A program made the position numbers and the translations under genes. A stretch of 64,000 nt of DNA from Dehalococcoidia bacterium (GTDB taxonomy: Bacteria; Chloroflexota; Dehalococcoidia; Lucifugimonadales; G963668185): NCBI GenBank assembly GCA_963668185.1, contig OY764162.1:530800-594799 (forward strand). The letters run 5' to 3'. Below are positions 29,488 through 36,728 of the stretch, piece by piece. Position 1 is the stretch's first letter. Each line of letters starts with the position of its first letter. The notes below the pieces were generated by a model. It was not told the origin of the DNA. It saw only the letters and a list, made by a program, of their open reading frames with translations, and ran no database searches.

Positions 29488-30777
29488 TCAACGTCCCGAA
29501 GGGTCGAGCAGAACGTCGTCATCGGTCCGCTGATGGTCTTCGATGCCCCTCAATAGTAGCAGAGAGAACACTATGCACACAGCGAGGCTTACCACTGAGG
29601 CGACCTGCCCCATGCCGAGCGTGACGGCGATGTACCCCCACATGAACGGCCCAACGATGCCGGACAGCCTGCCGGTGGTGTTGGACAGGCCCATGAGCTG
29701 GCCGAGATGCGAGGGTGGGGAGAGGCGGATCATGAAGGGCCGGTCCGTCGCCCACACGCCCGCCACAAGAACGCCGCTCAGCACCCCAACGGCCCACCAG
29801 AAGCTCGAAGGCAGGCCCAGGACCGGGATCGCGGCGGAACTGCTGATCGCGACGATCCAGCCGACCAGCGCCACAGCCATCGTCTTCTTCGGGCCGAACC
29901 TGTCCACAAGGTAGCCCCACGCGGGCCCGCTTGGGATGGCGGCGACGATTCCGAAGACCAGTATCAGTTGCGTCGCGGTAACCGAGAGGCCCACCGTGTC
30001 GGTGGCGTAGAGCACCGCGAACAGAGACGCCGTGTTGACGCCCCAGCTGTACCAGAACCGCGCGAGTAGAAAGCGGGGGAAGTCTTGAAACCTGCCGATG
30101 CCCTTGAGCGTGCCCAGCAGCACGATGAGAGCGTCGCGCGCGCGTGTGGACGCGGCCTCTATCGGACGGCGGGACTCGCGCAGGAACAGGAAGAGGGGCA
30201 GCGACACCACGGCCATCAGCCCGGCGAGCAACTGGAAGCCGAACTCGTAGCCCCGGTCCTCCACCAACGTGAGGCCCAGCAGTATGACGAGAATGCCTCC
30301 GCAGTACCCCAGGCCGATGGCGATGCCGCTGATCCGCCCCTGCGACTCCTCGGAGGCCACGTTGGGCAGCAGCGCGCCGTAGAAGATGTCAACCGCGTTG
30401 GCGGCGATCATCCCGGCCGCGAACAGCATGAGGGCGACGGCCAGGCTGCTGGTGAAGCCGAGCAGCAACGTGGCGCCGACGCATACCACGGTCCCGGCCA
30501 GGACGAACGGTATGCGCCGCTGCGACTGGTCGGAGAGCGCGCCCGCCGTAGGCGCGATAAACAGCATCAGCGCCATCGCAACGGCGATCGTATTGCCGAT
30601 GGACGCGTCGTCACCGCCTAGGTCGTCCCGTGCCCACAGTGGGAAGAACAGCCCGGACACGCCGAGATGGAACACCGTGGTGACAATGTCGAACGTAATC
30701 CACGACAGGACGGCCAACCTGCCCGGCTTAGGCTTGGACGACTCGGCAGGCTTCACGGGCTGGGCGCCGGCAGCCAA
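29488..30777 (-). CDS. MFS-type transporter (UMF1/Atg22-like)
   Basis: The 429-aa protein has about 12 hydrophobic segments, and the DQSQRR loop after TM2 is typical of MFS. Its start is 7 nt downstream of the Rieske gene stop. Confidence 0.7.
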   Translation of the reverse strand: MAAGAQPVKPAESSKPKPGRLAVLSWITFDIVTTVFHLGVSGLFFPLWARDDLGGDDASIGNTIAVAMALMLFIAPTAGALSDQSQRRIPFVLAGTVVCVGATLLLGFTSSLAVALMLFAAGMIAANAVDIFYGALLPNVASEESQGRISGIAIGLGYCGGILVILLGLTLVEDRGYEFGFQLLAGLMAVVSLPLFLFLRESRRPIEAASTRARDALIVLLGTLKGIGRFQDFPRFLLARFWYSWGVNTASLFAVLYATDTVGLSVTATQLILVFGIVAAIPSGPAWGYLVDRFGPKKTMAVALVGWIVAISSSAAIPVLGLPSSFWWAVGVLSGVLVAGVWATDRPFMIRLSPPSHLGQLMGLSNTTGRLSGIVGPFMWGYIAVTLGMGQVASVVSLAVCIVFSLLLLRGIEDHQRTDDDVLLDPSGR

Positions 30778-30783
30778 CGGATA

Positions 30784-31953
30784 CTAGTTCTCGGGCTCTC
30801 CCAGCTCCCTCAGCACCCACTGGTTGAAGCTGAACGGGCCGCGTTCCTGCGGCACGAACACCGAGTACTCGTGCCGGTTCGAGAACAGCCCCGCCTGCTG
30901 CCACTCGCAGTTGCGCGCGTCCTGCCTGTTGGTGATGTCCCATAGCTCGTACGCCTGCTTAGCGTCGAAGTCGTCCATCGCCAGCGTCTCCGGCTCGAAG
31001 AACCACTCGTAGGTCATCTGGACGCTCGTGGGGCCGGTGGGCAGCATCCGGTGCGTGTGAATGAAGTCCGGGTGCGTGTTGATGAACAGGTTCGGCCTGA
31101 CGATGCCGCCTGTATAGGGATCCGCGCGCTCCTCCTCCGTGGTGTCCCGGAACATCGGCCTGCCGCCGGTCGTGCCGTCCATCGTGAACGTGACGGCGCC
31201 CTCGGTCAGTTTGAGCACCATCGTCAGGCTCTCGCCGCCGGACTCCTGCCACTCCACCAGGTCCTCGCCCTCGTTCAGGCCGCGCCCGTAGAGCGGCACC
31301 ACCGAGCACAGCTCCGGATGCACCTGCGGGCAGTGGAAGCACTCCGCGAAGTTCTCGAACAGCAGCTTCCAGTTGGCCTCGACGTCGATCACCTCGCGGT
31401 GGCCGAGCCGCAGCCTGTCCACGCCGAAGTTGCGATGCCTTTCCGGGATGCCTCCCAGGGCCTTCTCCAGCGGTTCTGCGTCACGGCCGGCGAGGTTGAT
31501 GAACACGAAGCCGCCCCACTCGCCGATCGCGACCTCGTACAGCGAGTAGTCGGCCATGTCGAAGTCCGCCGACTCAAGCTGGTGCGGCGTCGCGATCAGG
31601 TCACCCTTCAGCGAGTACGTCCAAGCGTGGTACGGGCAGACGATCGAGCCGCCCTCGAACCTTCCCTTGTCGGCTGTGCAGAGGATCGAGCCGCGATGCC
31701 GGCACGTGTTGTGAAACGCCCTCAACTCACCCCGCAGGTCGCGCGTTACGACCACGTTCTGCTCCCCGACGGTGTAAACGCGGTAATCGCGCGGGGTGGG
31801 GATGTCCTCGGCGCGGCAGATCATGAGCCAGCGCTTGTACCAGATCGCCTCCAACTCCCGCTTGTAGTGGTCAGGGTCGAAGTAGTAGTAGCTGGGTATG
31901 CTCCTCTCGATCTTCTCGTTGACGTAGGGACGCGCTACCTTGGAAGTAGCCAT
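30784..31953 (-). CDS. Rieske [2Fe-2S] non-heme-iron oxygenase, alpha subunit (GbcA/CntA/Stc2-like)
   Basis: Rieske motif CRHRGSILC...CPYHAWTY, and a catalytic-domain motif ANWKLLFENFAECFHCPQVH (HxxxxH). I chose ATG 31953 (AAGGAGA upstream) over the track start 32028. Confidence 0.8.
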   Translation of the reverse strand: MATSKVARPYVNEKIERSIPSYYYFDPDHYKRELEAIWYKRWLMICRAEDIPTPRDYRVYTVGEQNVVVTRDLRGELRAFHNTCRHRGSILCTADKGRFEGGSIVCPYHAWTYSLKGDLIATPHQLESADFDMADYSLYEVAIGEWGGFVFINLAGRDAEPLEKALGGIPERHRNFGVDRLRLGHREVIDVEANWKLLFENFAECFHCPQVHPELCSVVPLYGRGLNEGEDLVEWQESGGESLTMVLKLTEGAVTFTMDGTTGGRPMFRDTTEEERADPYTGGIVRPNLFINTHPDFIHTHRMLPTGPTSVQMTYEWFFEPETLAMDDFDAKQAYELWDITNRQDARNCEWQQAGLFSNRHEYSVFVPQERGPFSFNQWVLRELGEPEN

Positions 31954-32100
31954 GCCATCTCCTTTCGATGTCCAGTGTACGGACGCGCTTTGACGCTTTC
32001 CTGCGCCTCCGAATGGTAAACCGTACACCGGAACGCCTTCAACCTGCCGACGACTATTCTGTATTCTTGTCTCGTCGCAGACCGCTTATGCAGGGCGCTA

Positions 32101-32850
32101 ATGGAGTTGTCCACATTGTTTCGCTGGAGACGGGATCAGACCGAGGACGAACGCCTGGCGCGCGTCGAGGAGCGGACGGAACTGCCCATGCTCCTGCTCT
32201 CCTTCTGCATGGTCCCTCTGCTGCTTGGGCCGATGTTGTGGGAGATGTCGCCCACCGAGGAGACGGTGTACTTCGCGCTGGATAAGGTGGTCTGGGCCAT
32301 CTTCGTGGTCGAGATCGCCTTCAAGTTCGCGATTGCGCGGGACAGGATCGGCTTCGTGCTTGGGCACTGGCTCGAAATCATTGTAGTCATCGTCCCGCCG
32401 TTCCGGCCCCTGCGCCTTCTAAGGCTGGCCCTGTTCGGGTCGAGGGCCATCCGGCACTCGAGACGACTCGCGAACATCGACTACCTGGGCGTGTACGCGG
32501 TAGGGCTGACCCTCATCGGGTCGACGATAGTAGCCGCGGTGGAGATCGGCGCGGAAGGAGCGCACATACTTCACTACCACGACGCGCTCTGGTGGGCGCT
32601 CGTCACCGTCACCACGGTGGGATACGGCGACGTTACGCCGGTCACGGTGGCCGGAAGGGTTGTCGCCGCCTTTCTGATCGTTGGCGGCGTCGGCCTGTTC
32701 GGCGCGGTGACCGCCAACCTGGCGTCCTCGTTCATCCGCTCCAGCGCGCGCCGGCCCAGGGCCGAGTCGGAGGCCGTCGAGGCCCTCGTTGCGGAGATCC
32801 GTGAGTTGCGGGAGGAGGTCGCCCGGCTCAGAGCGGATCGCGAAGGGTAG
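32101..32850 (+). CDS. Voltage-sensor-like K+ channel
   Basis: Selectivity filter TTVGYGD; an S4-like segment with Arg at every third position (RPLRLLRLALFGSRAIRHSRR); a C-terminal coiled-coil-like tail. Confidence 0.85.
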   Translation: MELSTLFRWRRDQTEDERLARVEERTELPMLLLSFCMVPLLLGPMLWEMSPTEETVYFALDKVVWAIFVVEIAFKFAIARDRIGFVLGHWLEIIVVIVPPFRPLRLLRLALFGSRAIRHSRRLANIDYLGVYAVGLTLIGSTIVAAVEIGAEGAHILHYHDALWWALVTVTTVGYGDVTPVTVAGRVVAAFLIVGGVGLFGAVTANLASSFIRSSARRPRAESEAVEALVAEIRELREEVARLRADREG

Positions 32851-32863
32851 GGCCAACGCTGCC

Positions 32864-33030
32864 TTCGTTTGCGCTAATAAGCTCAACTGCTATTATCGTT
32901 TTCTCTTTAACCGCTAATAGTGTGCTCCGTTGTTTTCGTTTGCGCTAATATAGTCTGCTCTTGTTTTCGTAATATGAGTTAAGCGATAATTAGCTTCCGG
33001 GCAACTTTCGGAAATGCTAATAATCGAAAA
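32864..33030 (+). promoter_or_regulatory. AT-rich region (about 40% GC) with five iterations of a TTTCG...GC(T/G)ATAAT-like motif upstream of fic
   Basis: A 16-nt exact direct repeat TTCGTTTGCGCTAATA occurs at 32864-32879 and 32935-32950. GCTAATA-like cores lie at about 32873, 32913, 32944, 32984 and 33016, spaced 31-40 nt. Confidence 0.4.
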
Positions 33031-33038
33031 GTGGCTGC

Positions 33039-34214
33039 ATGACATCCGCAACCTATCGAAAGCGCCGCTCCCATGGCAGGACGGTGAATTGCGTGGGCGG
33101 CTATCAGGCCTACGTGCCGGACGCGCTCCCGCCGCCCATCGCATGGGACGAAGAACTGATCCTCGGCCTTTCGTCTGCCGATAGGGCCATGGGCGTTCTT
33201 GCGGGCGAAGGGAGGCGGTTGCCCAATCCGCGCCTGCTGATCAGGCCGTTCGCCCGCAAGGAGGCCGTTCTGTCCAGCCGCATAGAGGGAACTCAAACTA
33301 CGCTTGGGGAGTTGATGGCCGCCGAGGCCCAGGGATCCATCGACCGAAGCGCGGCCGACGTGCAAGAGGTGGGCAACTATGCCGCTGCCCTGGAGTACAG
33401 CTTGGAGCGCCTTGAGACGCTGCCGTTATCCCTGCGCCTGGTGCGCGAGATCCACGAGCGCCTCATGCGTGGAGCCCGGGGAGAGGCGGCCGCGCCCGGG
33501 GAGTTCAGGCGCAGCCAGAATTGGATCGGGCCGCCCGGGTGCAGCCTGAACGATGCGACCTACGTTCCGCCGCCGCCGCCGGAGTTGATGGGCTGCCTCG
33601 GCGCCTGGGAGCGGTATCTCTACGACGATGCTCTCCCGCCCCTCGCTCACGCGGCGCTCATCCACGCGCAGTTCGAGGCCATCCACCCGTTTCTCGACGG
33701 CAACGGCCGGGTCGGACGCCTGCTCATCACGCTGCTGTTCATCGCGCGGGAGCTCGTACCGTCGCCGTTGCTCTATCTGAGCGCGTATTTTGAAGCCTCG
33801 CGGGATGAGTACTACGCACGGCTTCTCGGCGTAACGCAGAGGGGGGAGTGGGAAGAGTGGCTGCTCTACTTCCTCAACGGGGTTGCCCTTCAGGCAGAGG
33901 ACGCGGCGGACCGGATTCGGCGCATGGACGACCTGATCGCGGGTTGGAAGCTGAGACTCTCGGGAAGCCGCTCCCGGCTCCCCGAGAGAGTAATCGATCT
34001 CTTCGCTGAGAATCCCTTCCGGACCGTCGGCGGCGTAGCCGCAACGCTCGGCGTGGCTTTCACGACGGCGCAGCGGGCGATAGACCGCCTTGAGGATGCG
34101 GGCGTCATCCGGCGCGTCGGGGACGCCAGGCGCAATCGGCTCTACCGGGCCGATGCCGTTCTCCAGGTGCTGGAGGCGAGCGCCTCGCCCTCCCCTCCAA
34201 CCCGTTCGCCCTGA
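33039..34214 (+). CDS. Fic family protein (Fic_N + Fic + C-terminal wHTH-like)
   Basis: Canonical Fic motif HPFLDGNGRVGR. An N-terminal inhibitory-helix-like motif SSRIEG ((S/T)xxxE(G/N)) is also present. Confidence 0.9.
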   Translation: MTSATYRKRRSHGRTVNCVGGYQAYVPDALPPPIAWDEELILGLSSADRAMGVLAGEGRRLPNPRLLIRPFARKEAVLSSRIEGTQTTLGELMAAEAQGSIDRSAADVQEVGNYAAALEYSLERLETLPLSLRLVREIHERLMRGARGEAAAPGEFRRSQNWIGPPGCSLNDATYVPPPPPELMGCLGAWERYLYDDALPPLAHAALIHAQFEAIHPFLDGNGRVGRLLITLLFIARELVPSPLLYLSAYFEASRDEYYARLLGVTQRGEWEEWLLYFLNGVALQAEDAADRIRRMDDLIAGWKLRLSGSRSRLPERVIDLFAENPFRTVGGVAATLGVAFTTAQRAIDRLEDAGVIRRVGDARRNRLYRADAVLQVLEASASPSPPTRSP

Positions 34215-34271
34215 GCCTGTCGAAGGGCAGCCCCGAACGAAACTCCGTTCGCCCTGAGCCTGTCGAAGGGC
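34202..34271 (+). repeat. Two tandem copies (43-bp period) of the 27-mer CCGTTCGCCCTGAGCCTGTCGAAGGGC
   Basis: Exact copies lie at 34202-34228 and 34245-34271. The fic stop codon (34212-34214) lies inside copy 1. The pair fills the 65-bp gap between convergent genes. Confidence 0.8.
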
Positions 34272-34279
34272 CTCGCCCC

Positions 34280-35818
34280 TCAACTCTCCACGATCGGCTG
34301 CGCCACGATCCACAGGCTCGTCGCCGTGTACAGCAGCATGAGCAGCAACATCGGGTACTGGCTGCGCATCGCGCCCGCGTGCGTCGCGAACCTGCGCAGC
34401 GCCGTCACGTGCGCCAGGTACACCGCGATCACGTGCCCCAGCACGATCGACACAATCGACAGGAACCACTCGAACTTCGTCGTAAGCAACGGATAGATCG
34501 TGTAGTCTGCGAGGCCGATCAGGTCCCATCCCCAACCGAACGGGTCCGACGCCAGCGGCAGTATCGTCTGGCCCTGGATGAGCAGCAGCACCAGGAAGTG
34601 CGCCACGTGGTAGGCCAGCGCGATCGGTATCAGCGAGTACAGGAACAGCTTGCAGACTTCCAGCGTCCCGATCGTCTCTCCGGACAGCCGGCCCATTGCC
34701 CAGCAAAAGCAGTAGTACATGCCGAAGAACGCTATCGGGAACATCAGCAGCCCGAACGTCCCCACCGCCTCAGGCGCGGCGTCCCCCAGGAACTCCAGCC
34801 GCGGCTGCGCGATGCTCCGGAACTCGTTCCACGGCCCCGTGGCCGCAAAGCCGTCGTATGTGACCGTCGAGAGCAGCAGGACGACGAACGCCATTTCCCC
34901 CAGGCTGATCGCGCCGTTGCGGGCAAGGCCGACGGCGAACGGCCTGAGGTTGATCTGGCGGCGGGCCGGCGGCGCTAGCTCGTAGCACTCGTGGCAGTTG
35001 ACGCAGTCGTCGGGCGTGTCGATGCAATCGCCGTCGCACGTCCCGCACGGCTCCAGGTCCAGCGTGCGCAGCTCGGTCGGCGCGAACCGCGCAAAGTAGC
35101 CGAACAGCCTCGTGAACGCCTCGCCCCGGCGCAGCCACTCGTGGCGTCCGAACAGCAGCATCCCGCCCCACGTTATCAGCGAGTACGCGATTATCATCGT
35201 TGCCAGCGCCCGCGGCTCGCCCGCCCTCGCGAAGTTGTTCTCTACCCACGCGAACAGCCAGAACAGGACCAGCGCCGGCCAGACGTCCAGCCACGGCGGG
35301 CACCGGAACATGGGAGAGCCGCCGATGCCCAGCAGCCTTTCGGCCCACCTGAACGTGATGTTCCACGGGTTGACCGCCTTCCAGACGTCTCCGAAGAACG
35401 CCGACGCGAACACCATGCCCGTCCACCAGACGATCCACACGAACGTCGGCGTGAAGTTCGAAAAGACCAGGTTCTCGCCGAACAGCGACGTGGCCAGCAC
35501 GAGACCGAAGACGCCTATCGACAGCGCCTGGACGACCGCGGACGTCGCCCCGCTCACGAGTAACGGCCCGAGAACGCGCATCGAGAGCAGGTCAGCGCGC
35601 CAGTACCTGGCCCCCGTCAACCTCCTCTCCTGTACGAAGACGCCGATCATCACGAACGACACCGCCACGGCGGCCGCGGAGCCAATCAGGAAGTAGTTCA
35701 GCGGGACGGGAAGCGCGTACCGCCCTCCGATGCCGTGCGCGAACGCCGGAACGGCGGCCCACGCCAGCGCGCCCGCGAGCAGGAGCGCCGCCGCCGGCCT
35801 GGCGAGGCTGCGAATCAA
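34280..35818 (-). CDS. Polytopic membrane protein with Cys-rich loop (uncharacterised)
   Basis: The proposed TTG start at 35818 overlaps the upstream stop (TTGA). It gives a signal peptide MIRSLARPAAALLLAGALAWAAVPAFA followed by HG. There are more than 10 hydrophobic segments and a loop EPCGTCDGDCIDTPDDCVNCHEC (about 34981-35055). The track ORF extends to 36007 through an Arg-rich, non-protein-like region. Confidence 0.6.
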   Translation of the reverse strand: MIRSLARPAAALLLAGALAWAAVPAFAHGIGGRYALPVPLNYFLIGSAAAVAVSFVMIGVFVQERRLTGARYWRADLLSMRVLGPLLVSGATSAVVQALSIGVFGLVLATSLFGENLVFSNFTPTFVWIVWWTGMVFASAFFGDVWKAVNPWNITFRWAERLLGIGGSPMFRCPPWLDVWPALVLFWLFAWVENNFARAGEPRALATMIIAYSLITWGGMLLFGRHEWLRRGEAFTRLFGYFARFAPTELRTLDLEPCGTCDGDCIDTPDDCVNCHECYELAPPARRQINLRPFAVGLARNGAISLGEMAFVVLLLSTVTYDGFAATGPWNEFRSIAQPRLEFLGDAAPEAVGTFGLLMFPIAFFGMYYCFCWAMGRLSGETIGTLEVCKLFLYSLIPIALAYHVAHFLVLLLIQGQTILPLASDPFGWGWDLIGLADYTIYPLLTTKFEWFLSIVSIVLGHVIAVYLAHVTALRRFATHAGAMRSQYPMLLLMLLYTATSLWIVAQPIVES

Positions 35819-36399
35819 CGCCCCGACCGCGCCTGCGCCCGCCGCGCCGCGAAGTACCTGCGCATGCTGAGGCCGACGATCGTCAGGAGCGCGAGCGCGA
35901 GGCCGAGGGTCAGCAGGCCGGGCCACGGGCTGGTCCTGGCGACGTCGAGCACGAACTCGGCGGTCGCCTCCCCGGGCGGAGCGTCCACCTCCACCACGAA
36001 CGTCCACGCCCCTTCGCGGTCCACCTCCACGTCCAGGTCATAGTCTTTCGGTGTGTCGGGGAGCGTGAAAGCGGGCAGGGGCCCGATCTCCGCGTCGGAG
36101 GACCCCGGCCCGCGGCCGGAGACCGTGACGCCGGCCCCCGTGATGGCTTCGTCAGAGCCCGCCTCCGCGAGTCTTACCGTGAGGTGAAGCGGGCCAACCC
36201 TCGGATCGGGCGGAGCGGTGCCCAGCGAGACCTCGTAGGGGCCGGCCGTGCTGCTGACGTACTTCGTGACGCGCCCGTTTCCCTCGGCCTCGCCCGCCCA
36301 GCCCCCGCTCGAAGCGACGAACGCGAATGCCGAGAGCGCCAGCGCCCAAACCGCGATGAGCGATGCGACGGTCATCCAACCCGCCCGCTCGCGTACCAT
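35815..36399 (-). CDS. Membrane-anchored Ig-like (YtkA/FixH-like) domain protein
   Basis: I chose ATG 36399 (MVRERAGWMTVASLIAVWALALSAFAFV signal/anchor). The beta-rich body (YEVSLGTAPPDPRVGPLHLTVRL...GAGVTVSG) is followed by a C-terminal TM (WPGLLTLGLALALLTIVGL). The family call is tentative. Confidence 0.5.
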   Translation of the reverse strand: MVRERAGWMTVASLIAVWALALSAFAFVASSGGWAGEAEGNGRVTKYVSSTAGPYEVSLGTAPPDPRVGPLHLTVRLAEAGSDEAITGAGVTVSGRGPGSSDAEIGPLPAFTLPDTPKDYDLDVEVDREGAWTFVVEVDAPPGEATAEFVLDVARTSPWPGLLTLGLALALLTIVGLSMRRYFAARRAQARSGR

Positions 36400-36495
36400 A
36401 AGAACTGTTCGCACCTCCCGATAGCCGCGCCGCGCTCCCGTGCATGCTCCCCCCATTCTACATCCGCCGCACCGAGCAAGACCCGCGCCCCCAAC

Positions 36496-36642
36496 CCGTT
36501 CGCCCTGATCCCGTCGAAGGGCCTTACGCAAGACACCGCACGAGACCTCCGGCGTAGGGGCCGCTCGCGAGCGGCCCATGCCTCGCGCTCCCAATGCCGC
36601 TCGCCCTCACCAACCCCGTTCGCCCTGATCCCGTCGAAGGGC
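36496..36642 (+). repeat. Two copies (120-bp period) of the 27-mer variant CCGTTCGCCCTGATCCCGTCGAAGGGC
   Basis: Copies lie at 36496-36522 and 36616-36642, in the same orientation as the 34.2-kb copies. Confidence 0.8.
36558..36577. repeat. Perfect 20-bp palindrome GGGCCGCTCGCGAGCGGCCC
   Basis: The first half is the exact reverse complement of the second. It lies between the two 27-mer copies in the divergent intergenic region. Confidence 0.8.
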
Positions 36643-36646
36643 CGCG

Positions 36647-36676
36647 TTGACCCGCCCCTCGCTCGTGCCATACGAT
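36647..36676 (+). promoter_or_regulatory. Putative sigma70-type promoter of lipoprotein paralog 1
   Basis: TTGACC (36647-36652), an 18-nt spacer, then TACGAT (36671-36676). The same arrangement is conserved at 63854-63882 ahead of paralog 3. Confidence 0.4.
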
Positions 36677-36728
36677 ACAGGCATCCGGCGTAGCGACTTC
36701 CCTTTCTCACAAGCATCGGAGGCAAGCG

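Noticed and set aside
35819-36594. N-terminal extensions of the two membrane-module ORFs (to 36007 and 36594).
   Set aside because: The extended parts are Arg/Gly-rich, overlap the upstream gene or the repeat region, and precede much better signal-peptide starts at 35818 and 36399.
34202-36642. A CRISPR array, suggested by regularly spaced direct repeats (43-bp and 120-bp periods).
   Set aside because: There are only two copies per locus, and the same repeat is dispersed singly elsewhere. The spacers are not of uniform length, and there are no cas genes. The pattern fits REP- or MITE-like intergenic repeats.
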